Sequence record: NC_005260.1
Strand: one strand, 5' to 3'
DNA length: 64,000 nt
Each line of letters begins with the position of its first letter. The first letter of the stretch is position 1. The position numbers and the translations under genes were made by a program. This document shows, piece after piece, positions 19,008-28,086 of this stretch. The notes beneath the pieces are model-generated. The model worked only from the letters and a program-made list of their open reading frames with translations. It did no database searches and had not been told where the DNA came from.

Positions 19008-19132
19008 TTGAAGGCTCCCTTCATTGATTGATTGTGTTTTGGTTTGTGATTTCTTATCACAAAAAGATTGTCTCATATCTTTAGACACAAAACAAGCTTT
19101 TTGTGAGGGGTATTTTCTACCCCTTCACGTTA

Positions 19133-19810
19133 TCAGAATACCAGTGCAGCGCCCAGAACTGCGGAGTTATCATAACCAACACCAGTGGTGACGGTATGAC
19201 GCATCTTAACATAAGGCTGAATCATGTGACCGGTGAAAGTCAGGGCAACTTCATGCTCGTTTTCGGTAGCCATACCCAGATCGAAATCGGTACGCTCATG
19301 GAAACCCTTGCGAGTGTAGTTGTAACCAACGGTCATTTCGGGATGCAGATCATAACTAACGCCTGCTTTCACTTTGCTGTAGTCTTGACCTTCGTTCATG
19401 AAGCTATAACCGGCACCGGCGTAGGTATACAGTTGAGCGAACGGCATATATTCAACAATGCCCTGAACGTAGGTTTCGTGATCGGTGTTGTCGCCTTCGA
19501 AGATGCCGTATTCGACACTCGGAACAAAGGTGAAATCATCGGACACTTGCAGACTCTTACCCAGTACGCCAGCAGTGTGCTTGTTGGTTTCGTGCTTCAC
19601 TTCCATGAAGTAGTCAGCAGGAAGAGCGATACCCATACCGTATTCAGTTACGTCGGTATTAGTATTGCGCTCGATGTAGACTTTTTCAAGTTGTATCTGA
19701 GCCAGAGTTTCGGTCATTTCGGACGCTTCTACGCGCTGAGTACAGCCAAAAGCGGCAGCAGCCACAGCCAGACCAACGATTACAGTGTGAATAAAGTTTT
19801 TAGACATCAA
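19133..19810 (-). CDS. predicted outer-membrane beta-barrel protein
   Basis: Signal-peptide-like N-terminus, alternating beta-strands rich in Y/F/G, C-terminal Phe (GAALVF). Confidence 0.65.
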   Translation of the reverse strand: MMSKNFIHTVIVGLAVAAAAFGCTQRVEASEMTETLAQIQLEKVYIERNTNTDVTEYGMGIALPADYFMEVKHETNKHTAGVLGKSLQVSDDFTFVPSVEYGIFEGDNTDHETYVQGIVEYMPFAQLYTYAGAGYSFMNEGQDYSKVKAGVSYDLHPEMTVGYNYTRKGFHERTDFDLGMATENEHEVALTFTGHMIQPYVKMRHTVTTGVGYDNSAVLGAALVF

Positions 19811-19821
19811 GGTATTACCTC

Positions 19822-20040
19822 TTAGTTGATGGAGAATAAAGCACCAACAAGTATCAGCATTATGATTAAGATCTTGTTGTCGCCATGTTTACTTAACGTT
19901 TCCAGTATACGACGCTCGATTGCGACTGTCAACAACTTTTTTGCGATTGCTAACGGTATTACGAGAAACGTTAAGGCTAGGAACTTATGTTGATTATACA
20001 TTAGCTCCAGAAGATTGCAAACACTATCGTACAAATCCAT
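19822..20040 (-). CDS. small membrane protein
   Basis: Two hydrophobic stretches. Confidence 0.55.
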   Translation of the reverse strand: MDLYDSVCNLLELMYNQHKFLALTFLVIPLAIAKKLLTVAIERRILETLSKHGDNKILIIMLILVGALFSIN

Positions 20041-20088
20041 ATCGTTACTATAGTTGATGGTCGATGAAGAAAATCAAACCAATCGTCC

Positions 20089-20322
20089 TTACAGTAACTC
20101 CGTCATATAGCGGCTATACGCGATTGTATAGTCCGAGCCAAAGCCGGTGATATCTTCCCATTCTTGCTGCGGGTCTATCTTAATGATAAACCCATAGCCG
20201 AGAAACGGAATTTCGTGATTAGTTGCGACACCGACAACGGTACATTTAAACTTTTGAACGTTGCCGACTTTACCAGAGACGAGTTCAACCTCAACCCGAT
20301 CTCCATTTTCAAACGGATACAT
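20089..20322 (-). CDS. hypothetical protein
   Basis: ORF track 77 aa. Confidence 0.6.
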   Translation of the reverse strand: MYPFENGDRVEVELVSGKVGNVQKFKCTVVGVATNHEIPFLGYGFIIKIDPQQEWEDITGFGSDYTIAYSRYMTELL

Positions 20323-20548
20323 CGAATAATCCTTGTTGTTTTGCTTGCTCGAATAGCGGGTGATTGTCTGCTATCGAGATATCTAGAGCTTTTATGATAA
20401 GACTAATGTCTTCCAGTGTCAACTCTTTTTTCACGATTTTATGTGTTTTCGGGATATAGATAGATCCTGTCAGACTATTTCCACCACGATGGTACCAGTT
20501 TTCTCGTTGTTCGATCAATTCGTGTTGATGGAGTGCATCCTGACTCAT
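20309..20548 (-). CDS. hypothetical protein
   Basis: ORF track 79 aa. Confidence 0.6.
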   Translation of the reverse strand: MSQDALHQHELIEQRENWYHRGGNSLTGSIYIPKTHKIVKKELTLEDISLIIKALDISIADNHPLFEQAKQQGLFDVSV

Positions 20549-21498
20549 TTATTGATTTCCTCCACGTATACTTCGTAAAGGAAATTATCCCAGAATTCCT
20601 TGTCCACGAACTCGCGCATACCATTTTTCTTGGCAATAACGATTTCGGCTTCCACATCATTCATAAGCTGTTCAAGATACGGATTAACTTCGTCTACCAG
20701 ACTACGCTTTCCTAGCTTGATGTCAAGAATAAATTCACGATGTTTCAGCGGGAATTCCAGATCGCCAGTTCGATAGATTTCAAGCAGTTGCTCGCCACCA
20801 CGGACGGCATGAGACAGTGCTTTCCAGTCAACGCCGACTTCCTCTTTGGCTTTCTTGGCACGATCACCGTATTCTTCCCAGATCTTGGTGATCTGTTGTT
20901 CAAACTCGGTGAACTTGATGCCATATAGATACTTGCGTCCCAGCACTTCATAGAAGCTAACAAGCTCGCCCGTTCGAGAGATCTCCGCACCGGGGAACGT
21001 GAATTCGTCGGTAGGAAGCCGTCCAACGAAGCTGGACAGACGGTAGCCACGTTCGTCTTGTGGTACTGCTTTGACTACTGCCATAACTCGTTCCAGAGCG
21101 GCCAAGCGCGTACCTTTGACACCATACTTGGTAGCTTGTTTGCGGCAGTAACCCAAGAAAGCGTCCATTTTCGTAGTGTAGAACATCGAACGATTTTGCT
21201 GGATGTATTCCCAGTGTTTGGAAGTCATCAGCAGTTGGTTACTATGCAACATATCAATGCACATAGTTTCGCCTTTGCTGGCAAGACGTAGGAACTGACG
21301 CAAAGACATCATTTCGGTATCAACATCATCAACGGTATTTTTACCCTTGCCGCCAGTCGATTCGTTATAGACTTCACGCCCACCCAATACGATCTCGCGA
21401 GCAGTCGGGATAAAGATACCTTTATAATCTCGATCCGACGTCGGTGTACTCAGCCCGTATAAATGCGAGCCGAACACGGTTTTCATTAGAGTTTTCAT
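20545..21498 (-). CDS. nrdC.11: Pol-beta-superfamily nucleotidyltransferase, T4 NrdC.11/RlaP-like
   Basis: FGSHLYGLSTPTSDRDYKGIF (GS...DxD), GETMCIDML, VDWKALSHAVR. Confidence 0.85.
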   Translation of the reverse strand: MKTLMKTVFGSHLYGLSTPTSDRDYKGIFIPTAREIVLGGREVYNESTGGKGKNTVDDVDTEMMSLRQFLRLASKGETMCIDMLHSNQLLMTSKHWEYIQQNRSMFYTTKMDAFLGYCRKQATKYGVKGTRLAALERVMAVVKAVPQDERGYRLSSFVGRLPTDEFTFPGAEISRTGELVSFYEVLGRKYLYGIKFTEFEQQITKIWEEYGDRAKKAKEEVGVDWKALSHAVRGGEQLLEIYRTGDLEFPLKHREFILDIKLGKRSLVDEVNPYLEQLMNDVEAEIVIAKKNGMREFVDKEFWDNFLYEVYVEEINK

Positions 21499-21842
21499 TC
21501 AGTTTCCTTAAAGAAGTCAACAGATTTTGTGATGGTACTTGAATTTTCTTTGAAATAATCAACTACCATTTGCTCGTTTCTGCCAAGATAGTACATAAAC
21601 GTTTTAGCCATACTAATGGTCATTGGTCCAGTAGTTCGATGCCATCCGATAAACACAAATTGTTTTCCTTGTTCCTGAATTTGAATTCCATACCGAAGTA
21701 GATTCTTGTTCAGAGTCGGCAGCTTACTCAAGAACTTGTCGTGATCTAACCAGGTCATGATCTTAACGTAGATAACACGACACACGATCAAAAACACAAA
21801 AAGAATCACAACTTCTTTCACACCAATTTCAATAACGTCCAT
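21495..21842 (-). CDS. membrane-anchored hypothetical protein
   Basis: N-terminal TM segment. Confidence 0.6.
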   Translation of the reverse strand: MDVIEIGVKEVVILFVFLIVCRVIYVKIMTWLDHDKFLSKLPTLNKNLLRYGIQIQEQGKQFVFIGWHRTTGPMTISMAKTFMYYLGRNEQMVVDYFKENSSTITKSVDFFKETE

Positions 21843-22180
21843 TATTGCATCGCCTTTTGTTGATAGAGTTCAGCCAAATTTTTGTTCAGTCGTTCGATTG
21901 CTTGATCCAAAGTTTCGGCATTAGGATCATAGTTATCGGCAGTTGAATCGTAATGTGAGGTCGATTTGCCGTTAGATACATCCCAATGAGTGGAAGTAGT
22001 CTCTGGACAACGAGTTACATATAGATTTTGCTGTTTTTCCGACCGCATGTAAAACACTTTACAGCCAGCCAATTCGCTAGGCATTTGATAGCCGCCGGTT
22101 GTTTCATAGGTTACAGTATCGCATCCCATCAGAGCGAATGCAAGAGCAATTGCAGCAAACTTTTTCATATTTCTAGCCAC
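21842..22180 (-). CDS. predicted lipoprotein
   Basis: Lipobox ALMGC. Confidence 0.7.
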   Translation of the reverse strand: MARNMKKFAAIALAFALMGCDTVTYETTGGYQMPSELAGCKVFYMRSEKQQNLYVTRCPETTSTHWDVSNGKSTSHYDSTADNYDPNAETLDQAIERLNKNLAELYQQKAMQ

Positions 22181-22286
22181 TCCAGTACAGGTAAAATTGC
22201 TTTAAATACCATGATCATGAAGTCATTGCTCCCGATCATGGCATATATTAACACGTTAAGCGAGATTAGCAACCACCAGATTGCAT

Positions 22287-22541
22287 TTAATCCTTTCGCC
22301 ACCATATGTCTTCGTCTCTCATGTCAATTGATGATTTAGAGTTTATCACAACGGAACGAGGAGTTACAAGTGGTTTATCCATTATTTTTGTTTCGATAGT
22401 CGCATAAACAGGGATATATTTCTCGCTGAAATCGTGTCCCTGTAACATCTTTTCGAAGTTACACAAAACGCCCTCCTTAGAGGGCGCACTAATGTCCTGA
22501 TATCTACTTGACATTAAACTGCCTGTACAGATACTTGCCAA
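22287..22541 (-). CDS. hypothetical protein
   Basis: ORF track 84 aa. Confidence 0.45.
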   Translation of the reverse strand: MASICTGSLMSSRYQDISAPSKEGVLCNFEKMLQGHDFSEKYIPVYATIETKIMDKPLVTPRSVVINSKSSIDMRDEDIWWRKD

Positions 22542-22881
22542 AGATCAGTTTGTAAACATCTTTGGATTTCTCCGCTTGTTGTAGAATGTCGTAAAATACG
22601 GGAATACTCAGTACACGGGTTTGCTTTCCGTCTGAACTAACGAAATCATATCCGTGAGTGGTATCAGTCGGCACTTTTGGAGTTCCGTAGTAATCATAGA
22701 GTCGAATGGTGATTCCCTTCTTTTGGAAAGCATCAACGATTTCATTGAAATGTTGTTTTATCCAAATGCGCTGATTTTTTGCGTCATTCTTGCGACGTTT
22801 TTTGATTACGTCTATTGCCCAAATGATCAGGACTAAGATTGCAATAAAAATAGTGGTCATCATCGCAGCGGCATAAGCCAT
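22504..22881 (-). CDS. membrane-anchored hypothetical protein
   Basis: N-terminal TM segment. Confidence 0.6.
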   Translation of the reverse strand: MAYAAAMMTTIFIAILVLIIWAIDVIKKRRKNDAKNQRIWIKQHFNEIVDAFQKKGITIRLYDYYGTPKVPTDTTHGYDFVSSDGKQTRVLSIPVFYDILQQAEKSKDVYKLIFGKYLYRQFNVK

Positions 22882-22885
22882 TTTA

Positions 22886-23215
22886 TTACCTCACAGTGAA
22901 TAGATCAGATATAACCGGTTTATCGGACAGAGAAACGGTGTGTTCCTCGAACTTTTCTCCGTATTCGCATTTTCGCCAGAACAGCATTACCTCAGACGGA
23001 TAGAGATCTCGACTGATTCTTTCGCCATTGGTAAACACGAAACGGACTTTGTGTATCTTTTTGAGCTGAACTCCATGTTTCATAAGATTGTGTTGGATGA
23101 TATCCCAACTCTTTCTGATACGACGATAGGAGACAAACTCAACGATAGCGCACATTAAGAGAGTTGCAGCAAGAATAACTGCCGCAACGATTCCCATGAT
23201 ATCGATTGAAGTCAT
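22886..23215 (-). CDS. membrane-anchored hypothetical protein
   Basis: N-terminal TM segment. Confidence 0.6.
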   Translation of the reverse strand: MTSIDIMGIVAAVILAATLLMCAIVEFVSYRRIRKSWDIIQHNLMKHGVQLKKIHKVRFVFTNGERISRDLYPSEVMLFWRKCEYGEKFEEHTVSLSDKPVISDLFTVR

Positions 23216-23568
23216 TATACCTCTAGTTTGTAACAGTCAATAAACGCCTGTGCATTTTTGTTAACAAAGTCCACGATCTTGTCACAAGCCAACTCACGGG
23301 ACTTTTGTTTCCGCAGAACCGGAAACTTAACACCAGATTTCCACTTGCAATCACCACAAAGAGATTCGAACTTGGTTTCACCAGCGTGGAGCATGAAATG
23401 AGCCCAACGATTGTTGAAAAACTCAAGATCAGAACAACCAATCTTCGCGCCAACCATGATCACTTCCATTGTCTCTTCGCCGAGAGATTTGCGAGACTTA
23501 ACGCGCACATATTCTACCAGACGCGAGTCAATCTTGGACTTTACTTGTTCTACCAGTGCTTGATTCAT
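23215..23568 (-). CDS. hypothetical protein
   Basis: ORF track 117 aa, AAGGAG RBS. Confidence 0.7.
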   Translation of the reverse strand: MNQALVEQVKSKIDSRLVEYVRVKSRKSLGEETMEVIMVGAKIGCSDLEFFNNRWAHFMLHAGETKFESLCGDCKWKSGVKFPVLRKQKSRELACDKIVDFVNKNAQAFIDCYKLEV

Positions 23569-23578
23569 GATGTTCTCC

Positions 23579-23806
23579 TTACGCTGCTTTCTTCGGGTTG
23601 TTGTAAACGTAGGTTTTGCGACGTTGTACTTTACCAGCGAACTGGGTTTCGAGTTTAGCAGCGACTTGATCGCGAATCATTTCCACAGTCTTGTCGATGT
23701 AACGACCAACAGTACGAGGAGAAACTTTCAGCTCGCGAGCTACCTGGGCTTTGGTTTTCTTAGCAGCAGTTACGGCAAAGTAGGCTTTGATTTCGATGTT
23801 GTTCAT
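23579..23806 (-). CDS. small HTH DNA-binding protein
   Basis: TKAQVARELKVSPRTVGRY; start MNNIEI at 23806 after CTGAGGAAAACATC. Confidence 0.7.
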   Translation of the reverse strand: MNNIEIKAYFAVTAAKKTKAQVARELKVSPRTVGRYIDKTVEMIRDQVAAKLETQFAGKVQRRKTYVYNNPKKAA

Positions 23807-23877
23807 GATGTTTTCCTCAGAGTGATTGCTTCGTTTCAATGAGGCCATTATTACATGGCCTCCAGTTCATGTCAAAC

Positions 23878-24222
23878 TTATTTTTGAACTTTTTTCTGTT
23901 GCTTCTGGATTTCTTTCCAGACTTGCTTTTGCAGCTTTTCGCGGCAGCCATTCTTGTTCATCAGATAATCATTGGTAATTTTCTGTTGAGCGTGAAACCA
24001 ATGTGCAACCGCTTCACTCAGAATAACACGCTGTTCAGCTTCCGACATCTGCTTGAACTTCTCGATTCCGAAGTATTTGATACGAGACACAACACCATTT
24101 GCCATACGTTCCAGCGCGTCGCGATTCACATTGAACTGTTTTGCGATTGCGTCGAACTGTGCTTGAATTGCCATATCCATGATGTTTTCCTCAGTGTTTC
24201 GTTGTTTCGATGTGGACATCAT
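23878..24222 (-). CDS. hypothetical protein
   Basis: True start probably MDMAIQ after CTGAGGAAAACATC. Confidence 0.7.
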   Translation of the reverse strand: MMSTSKQRNTEENIMDMAIQAQFDAIAKQFNVNRDALERMANGVVSRIKYFGIEKFKQMSEAEQRVILSEAVAHWFHAQQKITNDYLMNKNGCREKLQKQVWKEIQKQQKKVQK

Positions 24223-24275
24223 AACAGGCTGATTTTTGATGTCAACAAAAAAGGCACCCGAAGGTGCCTTTTATT
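24205..24275 (-). promoter_or_regulatory. terminator hairpin + early promoter cassette (PeSL-like)
   Basis: Same GGCAC-CTTCGG-GTGCC hairpin as at 17.5 kb, then TTGACA-16-TATGAT. Confidence 0.7.
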
Positions 24276-24276
24276 T

Positions 24277-27200
24277 TTAAAGCTGTTCAGTGAGTTTCAG
24301 ATAATCTTTCAACTCTTTGCCTTTCAGCTTCTTACATGCTGAATACTCGCGGTATTCTGTGCGCTTGGCAGGGATGTAGACACGAACGTATCCGTCATCC
24401 TCGTTGCCGCCTTCGATCTTGATTCCCGCAGGGAAATCAACTTTCTTGGGTTCCACGTACTCAAGACGACCGTTCTTCCATCTTGGCAATTCGCCATCAC
24501 GGAAAGAATAAACGATGTAATCTTGAACACTAGAACGCTTGGCTTCGGTAAGCATTTCACCGAACTTCATTGTTTTACTTTCTTCCAACGTTCCCTTCAT
24601 TTCTGCTTGATACGCTTTGAACTTGTCGTGGCGGTTTAGCTCGACTTCATAGCATTTTAGAATTCGCAGTTGTTTTTCTGGATTAAACACTGCCCATTCC
24701 GGACTGATTACGTTTGATTTTGATGTTGCGTTAGGCACACCAGCAGAACGATAATCTTTAATAGGCTGACCCAGAATAGATTCCATTTCGAAAACATATC
24801 CCTTTGTTCCAGCTTGACGTCCATAACCGGAGTTACCAACGTACTGCAAGATCTTATCAATCTTGTTACTAAAGTAAATACCGTCACCTAGCATACGTCC
24901 AACAACAGATGCATCCTTACTAGGAATGATCTTAAAGCCGTAGCGTAAAATCATGTTAGCAGCGATACCACCAGTTCCGTGAAAACATGGAACAACTTGC
25001 TCAAGTTTACCAGCGTCGATTTGCTCTTGCATGAACTTTTTGAATTCACCGTCAGGGAAACTCACGGTCATACTACGCAGAATTAGCGGATAAACATTGC
25101 CGTGTTTACCAGCGTAATAGTTGTCGATCAAATGCTTACCAATCAGGTATTTCTGTTCGTTGGTAATATTGTCGTTCGTCGCTTTAACTTTCGGAACAAC
25201 ACCGTCACCCTTCGCAGCTTCTGCCTCTACTCGCTTGATATAATCGGTGAATTTCTCATTCTTACCGAGTTTGAGCTTCGCTTGTTTCACCAACTCAGTT
25301 GGGTTAATCTCGTTAAACTCAAACATCTGTTTAACACGACGACGATCAAGCTTATCGAACAAGTTAATTGGACCTTCAAGAACTTGTCCGTAAACAAACT
25401 TGATTGCAGCCAATTGATCACGAACTTTACCACGATAATATGTTTCCAAGTTATCAAAGAACAAGTCGGTAACAGTCGGGTCGGTTTCTACGGCGTCGGT
25501 CATAATGTCAACCAATGATTGCTGCATACCTTGTTTGTGATCGCGAACGCTAATTGATTTACCGTTCTCAGCGTTAAAGAACTTGAATCCGTTCTTAACT
25601 TCAAGCTTCATGAATTCTACAGCATCTTCTCCCTCGAAATCATAGTATTTCAAGAAAGCAGAATAAAGATTGTCAAACTTGCTTGAGGTAATACCAAGAC
25701 TAGAAAGATCCAGATTTTTCCCCAATACGCTATAAGCACCTAGGAAAATCTTCTGTCTGTGTTCTGGCATTGTGCCGCGATTTGACATCAACAAAATGCG
25801 AGTCTTTCCGTATGAGTTAGGTGTACCTTGAATCTTGCTCATAACGTATTCCGCACCAGCTTTAACGTCCTTTTCACCATGAATGAAAATAGCAGACAAT
25901 AATGCCCGTTCTTGTTCTTCCCATGGAACACCGGCGCTAGTGTCTTTCGTGATATAAGCGTCCAACGCATCCTTAACGCGCTGCTTCATGCTCGGTACCA
26001 TGTTTACTGCCATTTCGTTTACGCGATTTGGGAAGATAACTCCGATTTCAAGAGCACGAATAACGCACTTAGCAATCATGATCACATCAGCGGTATCCAT
26101 ACGCTCAAGCGGAAACTCGACGGAAGTCTTGTATGCGTCATTAACTTTCAGCATGACATTTTTAAATTCTTCATCATCCAGCGCAAAAACTTTGGACCAA
26201 TGTAGATTAACGAAACCGAAATCCGCATTTGTTTTGTTATCCGGATTCAACAAGAACTCCATGCCATAGCGACACATAGTTAACTTGCTTTGATCGTTCC
26301 AAGCACTCCAACGATACGGAGGATAAAAATCTTTGTACTTGTCGGTAACATAGTTAACGACTTGATCCCAACCAATCATATCAGCAAACGGACCAGTAAA
26401 CAACAATTCTTTGTAACCATCAGTCAGATACGAAGAATAGGACATCATATAAACGTAAGCGGGTTTGATTACTTCCAACAGACAGTTGAAATACATTTGG
26501 CGAATCATTGGACTCATTTCACGCATATTGCCCATGATGCCGATAACAATGCTATTCCCGTTCGTTCCCTTATAGTGATTCACCATATCTTGGCCGATTT
26601 TGCCATTTGTCATTTCAAAGGCAACATCAATGCTATTGAATCCAAAGAGCCAGCAAGTCGGGTCAGTTTTCATATTACTAAACGCCATTGCCATTGTCTG
26701 ATAACCGGTATATCCAATTTCATCACCGAGAATGCTATATTTTTCTTTTAATCCACGGAAGAAGGAAATGTGTTTACGCAAGAATTCAACGTTTTTCAAT
26801 TCCATTGCTTCTTCAATCGCATAAACGCTATTTGAGTTATCACCAAGCATATAATGACTGATACGTTTGCCCATTTCTGAAAGCTGGGTAATAGTAGCAG
26901 AGTATCGGGTACGGTACTTGTCGTGCATTTCGGATTGCGCTTCATCGTTCAGATCGAATTCGAATCCAGTTACCATTTCGCCGTACTTACTCACAATAGG
27001 ATATGCAGTTTGAGCCAACCCATATAGACCTTTCAGACCGGTACTTGTGTTAACACACTCTTCAATCTGCTTGGAAATGAATTGGAGCAATCCCGCGTCA
27101 TGATCATATGTCTGATAGTCTGGTTGAACAGGAACAGCTACAGGCTCGTCCTGGACGACCGGAGCGACGTCATCGGCAACGTCATCGACATCAGGAGACG

Positions 27201-27912
27201 CATGGACTTGTGCCAAGTTATCGTTTTTGTCGTCGTCATCATCGTCTCCGGTATTTGATGTAACACCAGCACCAGCAGCAGTACCAACAGTTACGGTACT
27301 CACACCAGCAAGACGCGCATATTTAACATACATACTCACGGTCCACAGATCTTCACCTGCTTCTGGGAATTTTTTGATTACGCGACGCAATTCCTTGGAA
27401 GTATCAATCAGACTAATAGCACCTGTCTTAAACTTGTTCATCAGATCACGAAGCTTTGGATGCAAATTCATCAATGCGGTAGATTTAATGTTTGCTACCC
27501 AACCACGAACGATATCATCATCAACGGTGTTAATAACTCCGGCTTTGCATTTAACTAGGAAGCGGGTCATTTCGCTTACCTTAGCGTCGCTGATAAACAT
27601 TTTCTTATCAGTCATTAGTTTCAGTACCAGGGAAATGTTGTTGTTATCGTCTCCGATATTCTTCAACATCAATTGGCCGTCACTCTTAAAATAACGCTCA
27701 TACTTGCGCAGGCTAGATAGATGATTCATCTGGCGTGCAGCGTTGAAACTACCCAGAATACCGATGAAGTTGAACATGAACGCATTCATGATCGCGGTTT
27801 CGTCATCCACGAAAGTCGCTTTGTTTGCGGCATCATAGAGGGTATTTTCTGCCAAGAAGCGTTGGTAATCCTCTTCTTCTTGACGCTCGAATAATTGTTT
27901 GGTTGTTAACAT
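24277..27912 (-). CDS. large protein with C-terminal PARP-like (H-Y-E) ADP-ribosyltransferase domain, probably virion-associated
   Basis: CFHGTG...LGDGIYFS...YVFEMESILG...SPEWAVF; late-type CTAAATA promoter upstream; N-terminal MLTTKQLFE. Confidence 0.8.
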   Translation of the reverse strand: MLTTKQLFERQEEEDYQRFLAENTLYDAANKATFVDDETAIMNAFMFNFIGILGSFNAARQMNHLSSLRKYERYFKSDGQLMLKNIGDDNNNISLVLKLMTDKKMFISDAKVSEMTRFLVKCKAGVINTVDDDIVRGWVANIKSTALMNLHPKLRDLMNKFKTGAISLIDTSKELRRVIKKFPEAGEDLWTVSMYVKYARLAGVSTVTVGTAAGAGVTSNTGDDDDDDKNDNLAQVHASPDVDDVADDVAPVVQDEPVAVPVQPDYQTYDHDAGLLQFISKQIEECVNTSTGLKGLYGLAQTAYPIVSKYGEMVTGFEFDLNDEAQSEMHDKYRTRYSATITQLSEMGKRISHYMLGDNSNSVYAIEEAMELKNVEFLRKHISFFRGLKEKYSILGDEIGYTGYQTMAMAFSNMKTDPTCWLFGFNSIDVAFEMTNGKIGQDMVNHYKGTNGNSIVIGIMGNMREMSPMIRQMYFNCLLEVIKPAYVYMMSYSSYLTDGYKELLFTGPFADMIGWDQVVNYVTDKYKDFYPPYRWSAWNDQSKLTMCRYGMEFLLNPDNKTNADFGFVNLHWSKVFALDDEEFKNVMLKVNDAYKTSVEFPLERMDTADVIMIAKCVIRALEIGVIFPNRVNEMAVNMVPSMKQRVKDALDAYITKDTSAGVPWEEQERALLSAIFIHGEKDVKAGAEYVMSKIQGTPNSYGKTRILLMSNRGTMPEHRQKIFLGAYSVLGKNLDLSSLGITSSKFDNLYSAFLKYYDFEGEDAVEFMKLEVKNGFKFFNAENGKSISVRDHKQGMQQSLVDIMTDAVETDPTVTDLFFDNLETYYRGKVRDQLAAIKFVYGQVLEGPINLFDKLDRRRVKQMFEFNEINPTELVKQAKLKLGKNEKFTDYIKRVEAEAAKGDGVVPKVKATNDNITNEQKYLIGKHLIDNYYAGKHGNVYPLILRSMTVSFPDGEFKKFMQEQIDAGKLEQVVPCFHGTGGIAANMILRYGFKIIPSKDASVVGRMLGDGIYFSNKIDKILQYVGNSGYGRQAGTKGYVFEMESILGQPIKDYRSAGVPNATSKSNVISPEWAVFNPEKQLRILKCYEVELNRHDKFKAYQAEMKGTLEESKTMKFGEMLTEAKRSSVQDYIVYSFRDGELPRWKNGRLEYVEPKKVDFPAGIKIEGGNEDDGYVRVYIPAKRTEYREYSACKKLKGKELKDYLKLTEQL

Positions 27913-27944
27913 TTATGTTCCTCATTGGTGAACTTAATTTACTG

Positions 27945-27951
27945 TATTTAG
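27945..27951 (-). promoter_or_regulatory. late promoter (CTAAATA)
   Basis: Variant of T4 TATAAATA, ~33 nt upstream of the PARP-like gene. Confidence 0.6.
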
Positions 27952-27961
27952 TGCGTCCAGC

Positions 27962-28082
27962 ACTGCGGCGTAAGCCGCTAGATCAGAAAAGACAAAATAA
28001 AATCTCTTATAGATCTTTAATGATAATCTATTTTGTCTTCCTTAAGGTAATCAATGAGTTAGCTTCGCAGTCGCTGGCGCGA
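27962..28082. repeat. dispersed palindromic intergenic repeat, copy 1
   Basis: GCGGC-gtaa-GCCGC hairpin + 51-bp core 27989-28039 bounded by AAGACAAAATA/TATTTTGTCTT. Confidence 0.9.
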
Positions 28083-28086
28083 CATC

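Noticed and set aside
19043-19090. CRP or NrtR site upstream of nadV
   Set aside because: TGTGA-TCACA spacing is 7, not 6, and no clean GT-N7-AC core; kept only as unnamed palindromes
24277-27912. Calling the large ART 'alt'
   Set aside because: Catalytic motifs are H-Y-E (PARP/DT-like), not the R-S-E type of T4 Alt
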